This document shows positions 39,744 through 55,447 of a stretch of 64,000 nt of DNA, in pieces. Within the stretch, counting starts at the first letter, position 1. Every line of letters starts with the position of its first letter. The notes below the pieces were generated by a model. That model had not been told where the DNA came from. It was given only the letters and a program-made list of their open reading frames with translations, and did no database searches. The position numbers and the translations under genes were made by a program. Source of the DNA: Octopus sinensis (Eukaryota); the NCBI RefSeq assembly GCF_006345805.1, contig NC_043002.1:90892001-90956000 (forward strand), read 5' to 3'.

Positions 39744-42224
39744 TAATAATAATAATAATAATTATAATAATAATAATAAGGATTACCGGGGGACGTTTAA
39801 GATGTAAGAACGATAAAACAGAGCTCCGATATCTATCCACAAACATCGAAAACAAGGACATCGTATGGAGACAAAGATTTACTAACAAAGGATTGAACTG
39901 TATCCGAGTAAGTAATACTCATTGAAATTTATTACTATTTTCGAAACAAAATGATGTATTTTGACTCGATATCATCTCCACCTCTAACACAACACATGTA
40001 AACACATGTAAACACAAATCACAAAAAAAGAAGTGCCAAGCTGTAATTGTGGAGGCTACCCAGGAAGATGTGGGACAAAGGGGTGAGAAAGGATCTTTAG
40101 ATGCTGGGCCTCACTGAGGAAATGACAAGGAACTGGGATACATGGTGATTTGCTGTACTTGATAAAACTCATCAAACTAAGTAAAATCCTTGTTCTCCAC
40201 ACATACAGGCTTGTCCTTTCAGGTGCTAGTGCCACTTAAGCATCCATACCTGTGCTGTGTCAATGCACCTGTGCTGGTTCTGCATCAATATACTTGTGCC
40301 AGTGCTGCGTAAACGCACCTGTGCTGGTGGTATATAAAAATGTACCCAGCATACTCTGTTAAGTGGTTGGTGTTAAGAAGGGCATCCAGCCATAAAAACC
40401 ATTCCTCAGCAGACAACTGGAGCCTGGACAGCTCCCTGTCAAACTGCCCAATCCAAGCCAGCATGAAAAGCAGGCATTAAATGATGATAATTCTAGATAC
40501 ATTACATCTGGGGAAAAAAAAATAAAAACAAAACACACAATGGTCATAATTGAAATTCCCTTCATCATAAGTTTACTCAGTCAAGACAGCATATTTCTGA
40601 CTTGGTGGATTTTCCACACTAAATGCGATACCGTTATGGCAAAGTATTATTGTGTGAGAGATTATACTAAATAGAATATGAATAATATTGTTGAGTAGCG
40701 CAGCTAACCAAAGTGGTACAGAGAGATATTTGACACTGAACTCTGTCAAAATTATTTGAGGTTCTTAAGAATGTTTCAATAAGTCAAGAAAGAAGAGATT
40801 AGTTAGTAAATAGTTGTGGTTCCATAAGTAGCAGCTCTTTAAAGCTTATTTAATAATATAATATCTTCAGTTGCAGGAAGTTGGAGTTAGACCAGAAATC
40901 AACATGTGTATGGAAAAATATCAAATTTAGTGAAGGATGGAATGTATGGGGTATGTCTGGTATGTAAATAAGTGTGTGAATGAGAAAGTTGGAGAGGCGG
41001 GGAGATTGTTGTTTTTGTGAATATTGATGCTTATTCTAGTAATTGATATTGTAAAGGTTATATTTAAGGAAATATGTTTACATGTTAAGGTAAATGTCCA
41101 AAAGTTCTTGGCAATCTCACTTATCTAAATACAGTTCCTTTCTACACCATGAATACACATTCCGAATATGAATCAAAGAAGGTGTCTCTACATGATTGCT
41201 CAAGCTACAAGAAAGAGTAGCCAAATCTTTCTCTAAAAAGATATATTAGACATATTGTATCAGAAATATAAGATGTGATGGTCAGGGTAGGATCTCCTTT
41301 CATCATGGGTTCACTAAATCAGAGTGGACTTGGAGGTTATCAACAACAGAAAACAATATCACAAATGTCTGTAAGATGCTTAGCAGTATTTTGTCCATCT
41401 GCATGTACTAGGTTCTAGGTTCAAATTCTGTTGAGTTCGACTTTACCATTCAACCTGCAGGAGTTAATAAACTGATACCAGTTGAGTACTGGGGTTGATG
41501 AAATTGACTTATCTCCTTCCTGAAATTGCTGGCCTTGTGCCAAAATTTGAAATCAATATTACAAATGTATGTACTTTACACTGGGTGGAGTGAAGGCACA
41601 TGGCTCAGTGGTTAGAGCATTGAGCTCATAACCATGAGGTAGTGAGTTCAATTCCCAGACAGGGTTGTATGTTGTGTTCTTGAGCAAGACACTTTATTTC
41701 ACATGATTCCCATTCAGTCAGCTGTAAAAATGAGTTGCGACATCACTGGCACCAAACTGTATCAGCATTTGCCTTTCCCTTAGATAACATTTGTAGCATA
41801 GAAAGGGCAGGCTGGTATGCATGAGCAGCTGCTGGTCTTCCATAAACAACCTTGCCCTGACTTGTGCTTCAGAGGGGAACTTTCTAGGTGCAATCCCAAT
41901 GTGAAATAAAGTGTCCTGCTCAAAGAAAAACCTGATGCTAAGATTAACATCCCACAAACTTGGGACAGTCATCTTGTTTTATTTCTATCATCATCATCGT
42001 CATCATCATCGTCATCATCATCATCATCATCATCATCAATTTGAAGTCCACTTTTCTGTGGTTGCATGGGTTGCCCTTCCTGTCACCAACCTTCACTTGT
42101 TTCCAATTAAGGTAATATTTTTTTGATGTCCAGACATGTTCTCTCAGAATACTGGAAATGAATGACTCATTTTACAACAATAATGCATTGTTAAGAGAAG
42201 AAAAGACAAACTCACTTGCACGCA

Positions 42225-42255
<31 letters not shown>

Positions 42256-45200
42256 GCATCTATATTAATTAGCAGTCTGTCGGTTATAAGGACAAGTGTT
42301 ACAGTTGATCTGATCAAAGGAACAGCCTGCTCATGAAATTAACACCAAGTGGCTGAGCACTATGTAGGCTCTTTGGGAAATTCGGTGACACAGAATATGA
42401 CAATGCTGGCTTTTTGAAATACAAGTACAAACCATTTTTAGCAGCTGAGTGGACTAGGGCAATGTGAAATTAAGTGTCCTGCTCAAAGAAAAACCTGGGG
42501 TACATCTTATGCATGAGACAAGTTTGAATATTAAGAAAAAAGTCTTTGTACCAAGATTTAAACTAAATTTGGGGTAGGACTTATACATGAATTAATATGG
42601 TTTATTAATTGACAAAACTGGAAACTGTATAAAAACATATGAATCATCATCGTCATCATCATCGTTTAACGTCCGGTTTCCATGCTAGCATGGGTTGGAT
42701 GATTTGACTGAGGGCTGGCGAACCAGATGGCTGCACCAGGCTTCAATCTTGATCTGGCAGAGTTTCTACAGCTGGATGCCCTTCCTAATGCCAATCACTC
42801 CAAGAGTGTAGTGGGTGCTTTTATGTGCCACCAGCATGGGGCCAGTCAGGTGTCCGCCGAGGTGGACTTTGCCTTTCATCCTTTCGGGGTCGATAAATTA
42901 AGTACCAGTCATGCACTGGAGTCGATGTAATCGACTTAATACCTATGTCTGTCCTTGTTTGTCCCCTCTGTGTTTAGCCCCTTGTGGGTAATAAAGAAAT
43001 AGGTACTGGCAACAACCTCATTCGAATCTTTTACACATGTCACCGGCATAGGTGTCAATAAGGCGATGCTGGTAACGATCACGCTTGAATGGTGTCTTTT
43101 ACATGCCACCGGCTCGGAGGCCAGATAGCCACTCTGGCAACGATCATGCTCAGATGGTGCTCTTAATACTCTACTAGCACAGGGCTCGAGTGCCAGTAAG
43201 GTGACGCTGGTAAATCTGGAGAAGGTTATTTAAAAAAATGAAAAATGGGATAAAATGAAAGTAAGTGAAAATTGAAATTTAAATTTAAAGAACATTAACA
43301 GATGTTAAGGAAAGAAATTATTCAAAGAGAAATTATATTGACAGAAATAGAAATGAAACAAAGCAAGAAAAAAGTAAATATAATTTTTTAAAGTTTTCGA
43401 TATTTTGACATGATATAGATAATTAACTGGCAGTATCATTAGCATAGCGGGCAAAATGTTCAGCAGTTTTTTGTCTGTCTTTATATTCTGAGTTCATATG
43501 CTGCCAGGGTTGATTATACCTTTCATACTTTGAGGTAAATAGGTTAATAGAATAAGTACCAGTTGATGTAATTGATTTATCCCCTCCCCCAAATTGCTGG
43601 CCTTGTGCTAAAATTTGAAATCAATATTATGAAGTGAGAAGAATGCTCAAAAATGCCTTGGCTATTGTGAAAGATCTGATTAGCCAAGAAGACTATCGAC
43701 ATACAAAGAAAATGTAACCATTGATCAGTAATAAACTTTATACTTAATTGGTCAAACATTTACCAGAAGGGAAGAATTAGTTGAATATAAAAGGTAGGTC
43801 CTCTATCTTAAGTTTGATTCCCTTTGCTAGACTTGATGTTATACAAAAAGCAATCTTAAAGGTCTTAAAATAGTATATACTCTCTGCCTGGTCTCATTTA
43901 CCTGGAAGTTCAGAGAGCAAAGACATGACGATGGTATGTCATTGACAATGCTCACCCATACTCTAATGGGTTACATGACCATAGTCTACATCTGTCTGAG
44001 AAACTGCATATATTAAAACAAATTGTGGTATCGCTCAATAGAAAATTTTTTGTAATTTCAATTGCCATGACAAATAATCATTTCCTTTGGGACATTTTCA
44101 ACCAATTGATCAAGAAATACCAACCAATTGACTGAGAAGTAACAATAAGAAAGAGTAGATCTCATTTACTATCAAAAGTTGCCTCCCTTATAATATAGTA
44201 GCTCTATACAGAGTCTCATGATAGTTTCATGTGCCTTAACCAATGAGGATGAAACTTATTAACATCCACTAACAATGTACTTTTCAAATCACATGCAGCT
44301 AAAACTGCAAACATGTGAATGGGTTACATGTGTTTGTTTATGTACCTATGAAATTCCTAACAATGAAAGCTTAAATATTCTCTTATGAATATAAACTCTT
44401 TATAAGATATTGGTTACTCTTCCCTGTTATTTGAAGACTTAATTAATATATATAAATATATAAAATAAAAAATAAATGCGCCCTTTTAAAGCCTAGCCAG
44501 GCTCATGGGCCCGGTTTCTCGGTTTCTATGGTGTATGTATTCCCCAGCTGGATGGGACGCCAGTCCATCGCAGTGTTACTCATCTTTGCCAGCTGAGCGG
44601 ACTGGAGCAACGTGAAATGAAGTGCTTTGCTCAAGAACACAATGTGTTGTCCGGTCCAGGAATCGAAACCACAATCTTATGATCATGGTGCTGTCACCCT
44701 AACCACTAGGCCACGTGCCTCCACTATATATATATATATATATATTTGTATATGAATATACACACATATCCATACATATACACACACACACACATTCAAT
44801 GAAAAAATGCTTTATTAAAATACTGAGTTTTGATAAATGCATTTCACTTTATTGGCAAACATCCACACACATACTCCTACAATCATGCCACATGCACACA
44901 CTCACATACATACATGTGCAACCATGGCTGTATGGTTAAAAGTTTGATTTGGAATCACATGCTTTCAGGTTCAATCTCATTGTGTGGCACCTTGGAGAAA
45001 GTGACATTTCCTGTAGTCTTGGAGTGAAATTTGTTAGGTGGAAATTGTACTGAATCTTGTTGCACACAACACTTACATGGTAGACTTGTCTGTCGCAAAT
45101 GACAGTTGAGGGTTTCACTGTTTCTTGCTGAACAACATGCACAGATCATTTGATTATAGTGATAAAAATGTTTGTGCAATACAGCTATTCTTTAGCACAT

Positions 45201-47274
45201 TCCTTCCATCAGATCAACCTTGCTTGTACAAGTGCATAGTGTACCACGTATCTGATGTCAAAATGATTACAGAACAACAGGAAATTAAGTGTTTTACCCC
45301 AAAAAACAACACACCACCCAATATGAGAATCAAAACTGTGGTCTTGCAACCATGAGTGTGACACCCTAACCACTAAGCCACACACCTTCACACACACACA
45401 CACACACACACATGCACATACACATGCGCGTTTATATATGTGTATATCTTTGTTTCTGTTTGTCTTTGCATACTGATCCTCCTTGGGCAGTAGTCAGGGC
45501 TGGATTAAGACCCATCAAGACCCTAAGCACTTAAAGAATTTTGGTGCCCCAATTCAAAATATAAACTTTTCTTTTTCAAAACAAAGCAAAACGGTAAGAG
45601 GGAAAATAATGTTTATTTTTGTATACTTCCACTTTATATTTGAAAAGTTTCCTCCTACTTTTTTGAATTGCAAAGTCTTTGATCAGATCCTCAAAATTAA
45701 TCTTAGGTAGCACATCTGCATCTGTACTTAGTAGAGATAAAGGCATCCCAAATATTATTTTTGCATTTCATTGTATCGGGGTCGATAAATTAAGTACCAG
45801 TTACGCACTGGGGTCGATGTAACCGACTTAATCCGTTTGTCTGTCCTTGTTTGTCCCCTCTGCATTTAGCCCCTTGTGGGTAGTAAAGAAATAGGTATTA
45901 TATGTATATCATTCACTGCGGTAATTTCTTTTGTACTGTAAACTATTTACCATTTCTATAGTGCCCCCTCCTTCCTTTGATGCTCTAAGCACATCCTTAT
46001 TTTGTTTAATTGTTAATCCAATGCTGACATTTATTTTCCTCACATAAACAAAAAGTCCCTCAGTGTGTGTGTGTGTGTGTGCGTGAATCAGTATGAAGAA
46101 GCATGGAATAAAATGTCTTATTTAAAAAAAAAAAATAGCTAAGAGTTTGATACCAAGAATGGCACTGGACCTGTAGAATACTTATACTTCCACAAGAAGT
46201 TTCACCCAATCTATGCCAACATAGGGAGAAGCAGGTGTAAACATGATGACAATGACAATGCTCAAGATGAAAATGGTGGTGGTGGTGGTGGTGGTGGTGG
46301 TGGTGATGTGTGGTGGTGGTGGCGGTGGGGTGGTGGTGGTGGTAGTGGCGGTGGCGGTGGTGGGTGGTGGTCGTGGTGGTCGTGGTGTGTGTTTAGAAGA
46401 GTAACATGAGGATGAGGTATAGGAGAAAACAAAAAGAAATCAATAGAAACAGCAGAATCAGGGTCAATGACTTTGAATTGAACCAAGGATTATAACTTGC
46501 TGCTACATTGCAATGGTGTAATTATGTTTATTTTGGCTGAAAATTCTCTGCTGATCACTTATTACTGATGGTGTGGCGTTGGGCTGATTGTACTCTTGAA
46601 AGACATTGTAGGATGGTGTTGATTGCACTTTTGGGAGAAATTGTCAGGTGATAGTGTTGTCTGTCTGTACCATTGGGGGGGGGGGGGGGTATTATGGGGG
46701 TGGGGAGCGGAGTTGTTGACTGTAACCTTGACGATATTGTAAGGTAACAGAAACGAGTTGTTATCTGTCTCTTTCAGGAATAGCATGGTGGTTTGATTGT
46801 CTATTTTGTGTGTTGATTGGTATGTTAACTATACCTCGGATGGTAAAACCAATAAAGGATGTTAAAATGAGCTGAGAGATGGAAGAGAGAGAGAGAAAGA
46901 GAAAGAGAGAGGGAGGAAGGAGGGAGAGAGAGAGAGAACATGTTGACTGTGGTTTTTGGTGAAATCTAACGTATTAATTATAATGTGTGGTGTGGAACTG
47001 TTTTGCTTTTGAAATGAGTGGATTCTGTGCTGGTGATATTTTTTTGTTGTTTTTCTGTCTTTTACTGGAAGATGGGAGTGTGTACGGGGTTGGTTGGGGT
47101 GGAGGGAAATAGGAAGAGGAGGGAGCAGAGGAGATAGTAGAGGATGTGGAGAGGAGGTGGATAAAGGTGAATGGAGAGTGAAAAGAAAATGAGAAACCTG
47201 AGGGAGAGAACGGAAGGTGATAAATAATGAGGGATAGGTAGAAAGCATGTAAAAATGAGTGAGAGAGGCAATTG

Positions 47275-47350
47275 AAAGGAGAGAAGAAGAAGAAGAAGAA
47301 AGAAGAAGAAGAAGAAGAAGAATAATAATAATAAATAATAATAATAAGAA

Positions 47351-47414
<64 letters not shown>

Positions 47415-47505
47415 AAGAAGAAGAAGAAGAAGAAGAAGAGAAGAAGAAGAAGAAGAAGAAGAAGAAGAAGAAGAAGAAGAAGAAGAAGAAGAAGAAGAAG
47501 AAGGA
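47275..47505. repeat. (GAA)n/(TAA)n compound microsatellite
   Basis: Direct sequence. Other large arrays: (TG)n 8873-9030, (AGT/AGC)n 28378-28570, (TCTA)n 52607-52840, (TA)n 12398-12557 and 49527-49693, and compound ATT/GTC/ATC/ACC/TTC/ATT 61928-62137. Confidence 0.95.
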
Positions 47506-47859
47506 AACTAGGTGGAGCTAGTGAGAAATTAAAAAAAAATCTGAAGAAAAACATTGGAATATTCACAACACACACATACATACACACATGTGCATACATA
47601 CATATACACACATATGCACATACACTTAATGTATAAGCTTATATGCCTACATACAAGCACAAACACATATACATGCACGACACACACAATGTACATGCAC
47701 ATGCATTCATATACACACACACATACATACATTACATCCCACAACTGTTTCACCTTAATTTGGCAGTATTGAATGAGAAACTTCCCAAGTATTTTAATGA
47801 CTATAAAATGTACTTTAAGATTTTTGTTTTGTTTTACATATCTTTAAAAAAATTTAATC

Positions 47860-48920
47860 ATCTTTGTTGTACACAATGGAGATCATTGATTATTTTCTTA
47901 ACTTCCACAATGAGGTCATTGATTAATTCTAAACTTCCACAATAGAGGTCATGGATTCTTTACTAATTTCCACAATGGTCATCATTGATAACTTCCACAA
48001 TGAGGTCATTGATTAATTCTAAACTTCCATAATAGAGGTCATGGATTCTTTACTAATTTCCACAATGGTCATCATTGATAACTTCCACAATGAGGTCATT
48101 GATTAATTCTAAACTTCCACAATAGAGGTCATGGATTCTTTACTAATTTCCACAATGGTCATCATTGATAACTTCCACAATGAGGTCATTGATTAATTCT
48201 AAACTTCCACAATAGAGGTCATGGATTCTTTACTAATTTCCACAATGGTCATCATTGATAACTTCCACAATGAGGTCATTGATTAATTCTAAACTTCCAC
48301 AATAGAGGTCATGGATTCTTTACTAATTTCCACAATGGTCATCATTGATAACTTCCACAATGAGGTCATTGATTCTTTATTAATTTCCACAATGGAAGAC
48401 ATTGGTTCTTTATTAACCTCTACATTGGTGGCCATCAATTCATTGATAAATTCCACTGTGGAGGTAATTAATTCTTCACAAACTTCCACAATGGGTGAGG
48501 GAGTGTCATTGATTTTTGTTTTACTAATGCCCACAATGGGAGCATTAATTCCTTGATAACCTCCACAATGGAGACATTGATTTTTTGATAACTTCCACAA
48601 TGGGGATATTAATTCTGTGATAACTTCCACAATGGAGGAATTAATTCTTTGATAACTTCCACAAAACAGAAACGTTAATTCTTTGATAACTTCCACAATG
48701 GGAACATTAATTCTTTGATAACTTCTACAAAGGAGATCTTTGATTCTGTAGTAACTTACCCATTGGAATTCATTGATTCTTTACAAATTTCCACAATGGA
48801 GTCTTTGATTCTTTGGTAATTTTCACAAGGTTGGTCACTGACTCTTCAATAAATTCTACAATGAGGTCACTGATTCTTTGGTAACTATCACAATTAGGTC
48901 TTTGAATTCATTGATAACTT
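47860..48920 (+). repeat. ~30-bp minisatellite with homogenised 90-bp higher-order core
   Basis: 90-bp unit aatagaggtcatggattc...aaacttccac repeated from 47941 to about 48390, flanked by diverged ~30-bp monomers (ttgataacttccacaatgg). Confidence 0.9.
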
Positions 48921-49560
48921 CTATCATAAATTCCTTGCTACCATAAGTTCCAGTACATTACTTTACACAGTGGCCTATATTACAGTTAAGACCAAGGGGT
49001 GTATATTTTAAGTATGCTAGGTGTGTGCTGCACACTCATTGGAAATGGCAAATTCATTATAAATATTAACCTTACTAATTAATTTAAATGCAAATCTTAA
49101 TGGAAAACTTTTGTTATCCCCCTGCTTGAAATAGGGTGTGGCAGCACACCCAGTACAACAACTACCATATGCCACTGGTTAAGATATACCTGCCCATGGG
49201 TTTGGGTTGTATACGTTTGCAATACAAAATCTATTATACATTTTCCTCTATCAGGCCCAGTACTATTTTTCACTCCAATCCCTTTCCTATCTATAGCATT
49301 GTAATAAAGTGATTGAATGAATATATGTCTTCTGTTTACAAATTGATGTGTCTCAAGTTCAAATCCACAACAGAGCAGACATTTTTATTGTCTATTTTAC
49401 ATTGAGTTTGTTCATTTAATATGTTGTTAAGTCCCAGGTCAGTATTGACTGAGAGTACTGATAATCAAAGATGTTTCAGCTTTTACACCCTCATCTATTT
49501 ACTTTCATAGTGTATCCAGGATTACATTATATATATATATAATATATATACATGTATGTA

Positions 49561-49601
<41 letters not shown>

Positions 49602-49604
49602 ATA

Positions 49605-49653
<49 letters not shown>

Positions 49654-49663
49654 TATATATTAT

Positions 49664-49694
<31 letters not shown>

Positions 49695-51710
49695 GTTACC
49701 TGTTTCAGTCATTAGACTGCGGCCATACTGGGGCACCACCTTGAAATTTTAGTCGAATGAATCAACCCTAGTATTTATATTTAAAGCCTGGTACCTATTT
49801 CATCAGTTTCTTTTGCTGATTTTGGCATGGGTTCCTTTTATGTGCCACTGGCACTCACCATGACCACAGTTTCACTTAACTTGACATGTCTTCTCAAGCA
49901 CAGCAAATCACCAAAAGTTTCAGTCACTTGTCCTCATCTCCATGAGACTTAACATCCAAAGATCATGTTTCATTACCTTGTCTCACTTCTTCCTGGGTCT
50001 ATCTCTTCCACAGGTCCCCTCCACAATTAGATATCAAAATATATGTTTTAAAAAGCACCATCCGATCATGGCTGTTGCCAGCCTCCACTGGTCCCTGTGC
50101 CGGTGGCACGTAAAAAGCACCCACTACACTCACGGAGTGGTTGGTGTTAGGAAGGGCATCCAGCTGTAGAAACACTGCCAGATCAGACTGGGCCTGGTGC
50201 AGCCTTCTGGCTTCCCAGACCCCAGTTGAACCGTCCAACCCATGCTAGCATGGAAAGCGAGCGTTAAATGATGATGATGATGATGATGATGATGATAATG
50301 ATGATATGTGTGTGTGTATACATGTATAAGCTGGTTTATATACATATAGGCACAGGAGTGGCTATTTGGTAATATTTGGTCATCAGTAATCCGTGTGGTA
50401 ATCTTTGATCATAAGTATTCTCAATCAATACTGAATAAGAATGTAATGCTCCAAGAATTTAACCAAAACATTAAAGAAAAAAAAATACTAACAAGCACAG
50501 AGGGCTTTTGGACCCACCCCACCCCACCACAGCGAATGATATACATATAATACGTATTTCTTTACTACCCACAAGGGGCTAAACGCAGAGGGGACAAACA
50601 AGGACAGACAAACGGATTAAGTCGATTACATCGACCCCAGTGCGTAACTGGTACTTAATTTATTGACCCCGATACAATGAAAGGCAAAGTCGACCTCAGC
50701 GGAATTTGAACTCAGAACATAATGGCAGACGAAATACCGCTAATCATTTCACCCGGCGTGCTAACATTTCTGCCAGCTCACCGCCTTTCACATAATACCA
50801 CTACACACATTCCATTATTACAAGAGCACCAACCTTAAATATATACACATTTCCTATAAACTTTTTCCCAGAAAACTCTTGCTGACTTGCAACACCCCAA
50901 AGAGATTGTGCGTTTTGGTAACAAGGGACATAACTCTTAACCTAACCCTTGCTCAGTTCGTTTCATCATCTCTTTCACAGCAACCACAAACCAGATGTGT
51001 CTGTTCATCTCCGAAAATAGAGAGCAGTCACCATATTTCATTCCATAACTGCCATCTCTGAAGAGCACAGAGTTGCATAATCAGACTGTTACCTAACACT
51101 ACGTCGAATCCCTGACGCAAAATCAGTTGATAAAATCAGCCATAATGAATATACAATACTGTATACTTCAATTAATATTCCCACTCTACAGACAGATAAA
51201 CAAGTGCATTTTTTCCTGACTAATGAATTCCTAGACAGCTTATGTATACACATACATACATACATACATACATACATACATACATACATACATACATAGT
51301 GGCTGCCCCCTCATTATCGAGTATGGCCATTGCACAAAGCTTAAACAATGTTGTTATCGTGCAATACCTGTGCAAGAAGAATTTTTTTTAAAGTGAAGGA
51401 AGGCTGTGCACTTAGTCAATCTCACTCACTAAGCAACAGCAGCCATAATCCGAAAAGAAGAACAAGTCAACATTATCGGTAACCACTGAGCCGCAGGTTT
51501 TATATTGGAGTTATCCCAGTTGCCTGAGTTACATTCTCCTGGAAGGATGCCCTAACAAAGGCTAGGAGTCCTTCACTCCCAATAGTTTAACTGTGCGATC
51601 GGGTATTCAGTCCAATTATTTCTATGTCCCCGTACATGATACAGCCTTAAGACATTTATTGGATGGCCGTTGACTCTCAAGAGTTCCTCCGCCCTTTTAC
51701 GGGTTTTGTT

Positions 51711-51748
<38 letters not shown>

Positions 51749-52606
51749 CTTTATTGCCCACAAGGGGCTGAACATAGAGAGGACAAACAAGGACAGACAA
51801 AGGGATTAAGTCGATTACATCGACCCCAGTGCGAAACTGGTACTTTTATTTATCGACCCCGAAAGGATGAAAGGCAAAGTCGACCTTGGGGGAATTTGAA
51901 CTCAGAACGTAACGACAGACGAAATACCGCTAAGCATTCCGCCCAGCGCGCTAACGTGTCTGCCAGCTCGCCGCCTTATAAATATATATATATGCATGCA
52001 TGCATGCATGTATGTATGTATGTATGTATGTATGTATGTATGTATGTATGTATGTATGAATGTGTATTATTAATAATCAGAAGTTAACGAGTAACCTGAG
52101 GACCAGGGGTTTCATGTGTTGGTGCTTTAAATACCAATGCAAGAAACATTTGGCCCTCAAGTCACTCTGACTTTTGCTGATTATGAGTAAAATATATATA
52201 CTCATGCTCTGAGTTCTATTTTTCCTGCTTGAATCACACATACATATTCTCACAAATTCACCATTACACACACACACACACACCACACATATAAAATGGT
52301 AAATTTGTGAGTGTATGTGTGTGATGATGATATCATCATCACAATTAATATTGTTGTTGTTTCTCTTCTTCTTATCATCATCATCATCATCATCATTATT
52401 ATTTATCAACAGAGTAGCTAAGTCTTTAAAGTGCTGAACAACTAATCTAATTATCTGCCTTTCAAAATCTGCTATTGCAACAAGTATATTGAACCTCCAG
52501 CTACGTATGCATAAATCAATGATATACAAAATATATATGTATTTTCGTAGTCACTCCAGGTATTTATCAAATGGTATCCATGTGTATTATGTGAAAATAT
52601 GAGAAA

Positions 52607-52673
<67 letters not shown>

Positions 52674-52705
52674 ATTATCTTTCTATCTATCTATCTATCT
52701 ATCTA

Positions 52706-52847
<142 letters not shown>

Positions 52848-53019
52848 CATTTATACACACAAATACACACACACACAAACACACACACAAACACACACAC
52901 ACATAAATAGTTTGTTTAGAGCTTCAGATCTAAAATAAGTATAGAATACATTCCATTACTACCCTGCTGATTTCTCTGTGATTCTAATATATATATAACA
53001 CATGCTTACCGGTGATGTA

Positions 53020-53350
53020 GTTATATTCTGATGTTTACCGATGATGTAGCTATATAATAGATGTTTACTGGTGATGCAGTTATAGAATAGATGTTTACTG
53101 CACTGGTGATATAATTGCATAACAGATGTTTACTGGTGATGTGGTTATATAATAGATGTTTATTAGTGATGTATCTATATAAGAGATGTTTAAAGGTGAT
53201 ATAATTATATAATAGATGTTTACTGGTGATGTAGTTACATAATAGATGTTTATTGGTGGTGTATCTATTTAATAGCAGTTTACTAGTGATGTAGTTATAT
53301 GATAGATTTTATTGGCAAAGTAGGTATATAATAGATGTTTACTGACATTG
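53020..53350 (+). repeat. 30-bp minisatellite
   Basis: About 11 diverged copies of tttactggtgatgtagttatataatagatg. Confidence 0.85.
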
Positions 53351-53699
53351 TAGTAATATTATGTTTGTCATTATGTAATAACTATTTTCTATATAATAAA
53401 TGTTTTTCTCAGTTTGGGGATAGAGCTAGTTTATGTCGAGTCTAGAGGTAATAAGCAGGTCAGTATCATAACAGGGCCACTTGTGAAGTGACTGTCCTCC
53501 CTTGGTCAGCCCTAGTCCGGAGGACCTATAATCACAGTCATTTAACCAGGACCATCACTCCATCTTTTCAAATATGAAATATCAGAAACTACATTATTCA
53601 GTGTGTACTTCCATCTTAAGCTGGTTAGGTGATGATTTGGTGGAGATTTGGTTGCTATTTCTAGTTACTGTTTTGGAGTTGTATGGGAGATCATCAGTA

Positions 53700-54475
53700 G
53701 AAGTGTGCTTCCTGGGGAGCTTGCTGTCGACATGTAGGCTATTGTTCTCTTCACTTTTCAGCACTGAGTTTATGTATTTATTTCTGCTGCTGTTGTTTAG
53801 AAAGTGCCGTCTGAGAGAGAATATACAACATTCAAATGCAGTCGGCACTAATCTGAAGCCTCCACTGCCTTCATTTCTTCTGAGATCCAGCCTATTATTA
53901 TCACTATTTCTGTGGAGATTTCCAGTTGATGCCAGTTTCTTGCATATCTATGTATGTCATTACTGAGTTTTATTTTGAGGTTTCTTGCCAATAGAGAAAG
54001 AGCTGGTTTCTAACCTAGATCCAAGGCTTCTTCATTGGAATTTCAATATCAACAACAGGATATTTTTGTATGTATTTGCGTATATATGCAAATGTGTATG
54101 TTTTGTTTTATGTATGTCTTGTCTTGCATATATTTCCATATCTAGACATGTTCATATATACTTAAAAGATAAACTTCTGGAAGTGATGGCTTCTGGTTTT
54201 GAGAAGCCTAATTTCTCAAGATTGGTATTTAGGCAGTGTGTTGCTCCAATAATTATAGGTATAAACCTGATCTTGTAATCTGGATAGAGTATCTGCAGAT
54301 TTCTCAATAGTTCAGTGTAGATATTTTCTTTTTCATTGATCTTCAGTCTTATGTTAACGTCCACTGGGCAGCAGATTTTTTACAACTGTACAAAATTTCT
54401 CTTCCCTATCCCAAACCATTATGTCAGGTCTATTGTGTTTACACTTATTTGAGGTTTCCACTGGGACATTCCAGT
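53700..54475 (-). mobile_element. Older, deleted R4/Dong-like RLE retrotransposon relic (second family)
   Basis: Minus-strand translations KHNRPDIMVWDREEKFCTVV, NIYTELLRNLQILYPDYKIRFIPIIIGA (RLE C-terminus) and RLDLRRNEGSGGFRLVPTAFECCIFSLRRH (degenerate RLYLPRKEGGRGL motif). Boundaries approximate. Confidence 0.65.
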
Positions 54476-54538
54476 ATGTATGTGTGTGTGTATGTATGTA
54501 TGTATGTATGTATGTATGTACGTACATACGTACGTACA

Positions 54539-54571
<33 letters not shown>

Positions 54572-54684
54572 ATGTATGTATGTATGCATGTATGTATGTA
54601 TGTATGGGTGCATGCGTGTGTGTATGTATGTATGTATATATGTATATATGTGTGCATGAATGTGTGCATGAATGTATGTATGCA

Positions 54685-54721
<37 letters not shown>

Positions 54722-55447
54722 ACTTGTATGTATGCATGTATGCATGTGTTTACGTTTCCCTATCTTGACATTGTGTGATAGTTGTAAGTGATTGTCACTG
54801 TCATACAAGCAATGTCATTCATTTCTTTTGTCCTACAGAAACCTGTTTTGATAATGAGGAAATATTATCTTGTTTGAAAAGATGTGAGGGTTGGTGACAT
54901 AATGAGCAACCGGTCATAGAAAATCTGCCTGAAAAACTCTGTCCAACACATGCAAGCACACAAAAATCATCATTAAAATGTTGATGATAATTTTTTTTAT
55001 TATTAATTATTATTTAACCCTTACGCTGTACTATTTATTATCATTTCATGTATTAACTACCAACCAATAGAACTTCTCTTATTATTAAAACAATATGAGG
55101 CAGTGAGATGGCAGGGTTCATAAAATAAGTCCCAGTGCAGCACTGGGGTCAATGTAATCAACTATTCCCCATAACCAAATTTCAGGCCTTGTGCCTATTG
55201 TAGAAAGAAATTTTATTATTATCATCAAGGTGGCAAAATTACTTAGTTGCATTTTGTATGTCCTGATGTTCTGAGTTCAAATTCTGCTGAGGTCGACTTT
55301 GCTTTATCATTCTTTTGATGTTGATGAAATAAGTACCAGCTGAGCACTGGGATGGATGTTATTGATTTGTCCCTTCTCCCAAATTTCAGGCCTTGTGCCT
55401 ATAGTAGAAAAGATTATTTAAACAATGCATTTTTTGTCCATTGGCAG

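Noticed and set aside
46862-47636. 249-aa and 125-aa ORFs with poly-L/F/K/R
   Set aside because: Translations of GAA/TAA microsatellites.
47860-48920. Regularly spaced ~30-bp repeats resembling a CRISPR array (also 53020-53350 and 4405-4740)
   Set aside because: No unique spacers, no cas genes, eukaryotic context. These are ordinary minisatellites.
54354-54808. HT/YV/CV-rich ORFs
   Set aside because: Translations of TG/TATG microsatellites. The same applies to most other ORF-track entries.
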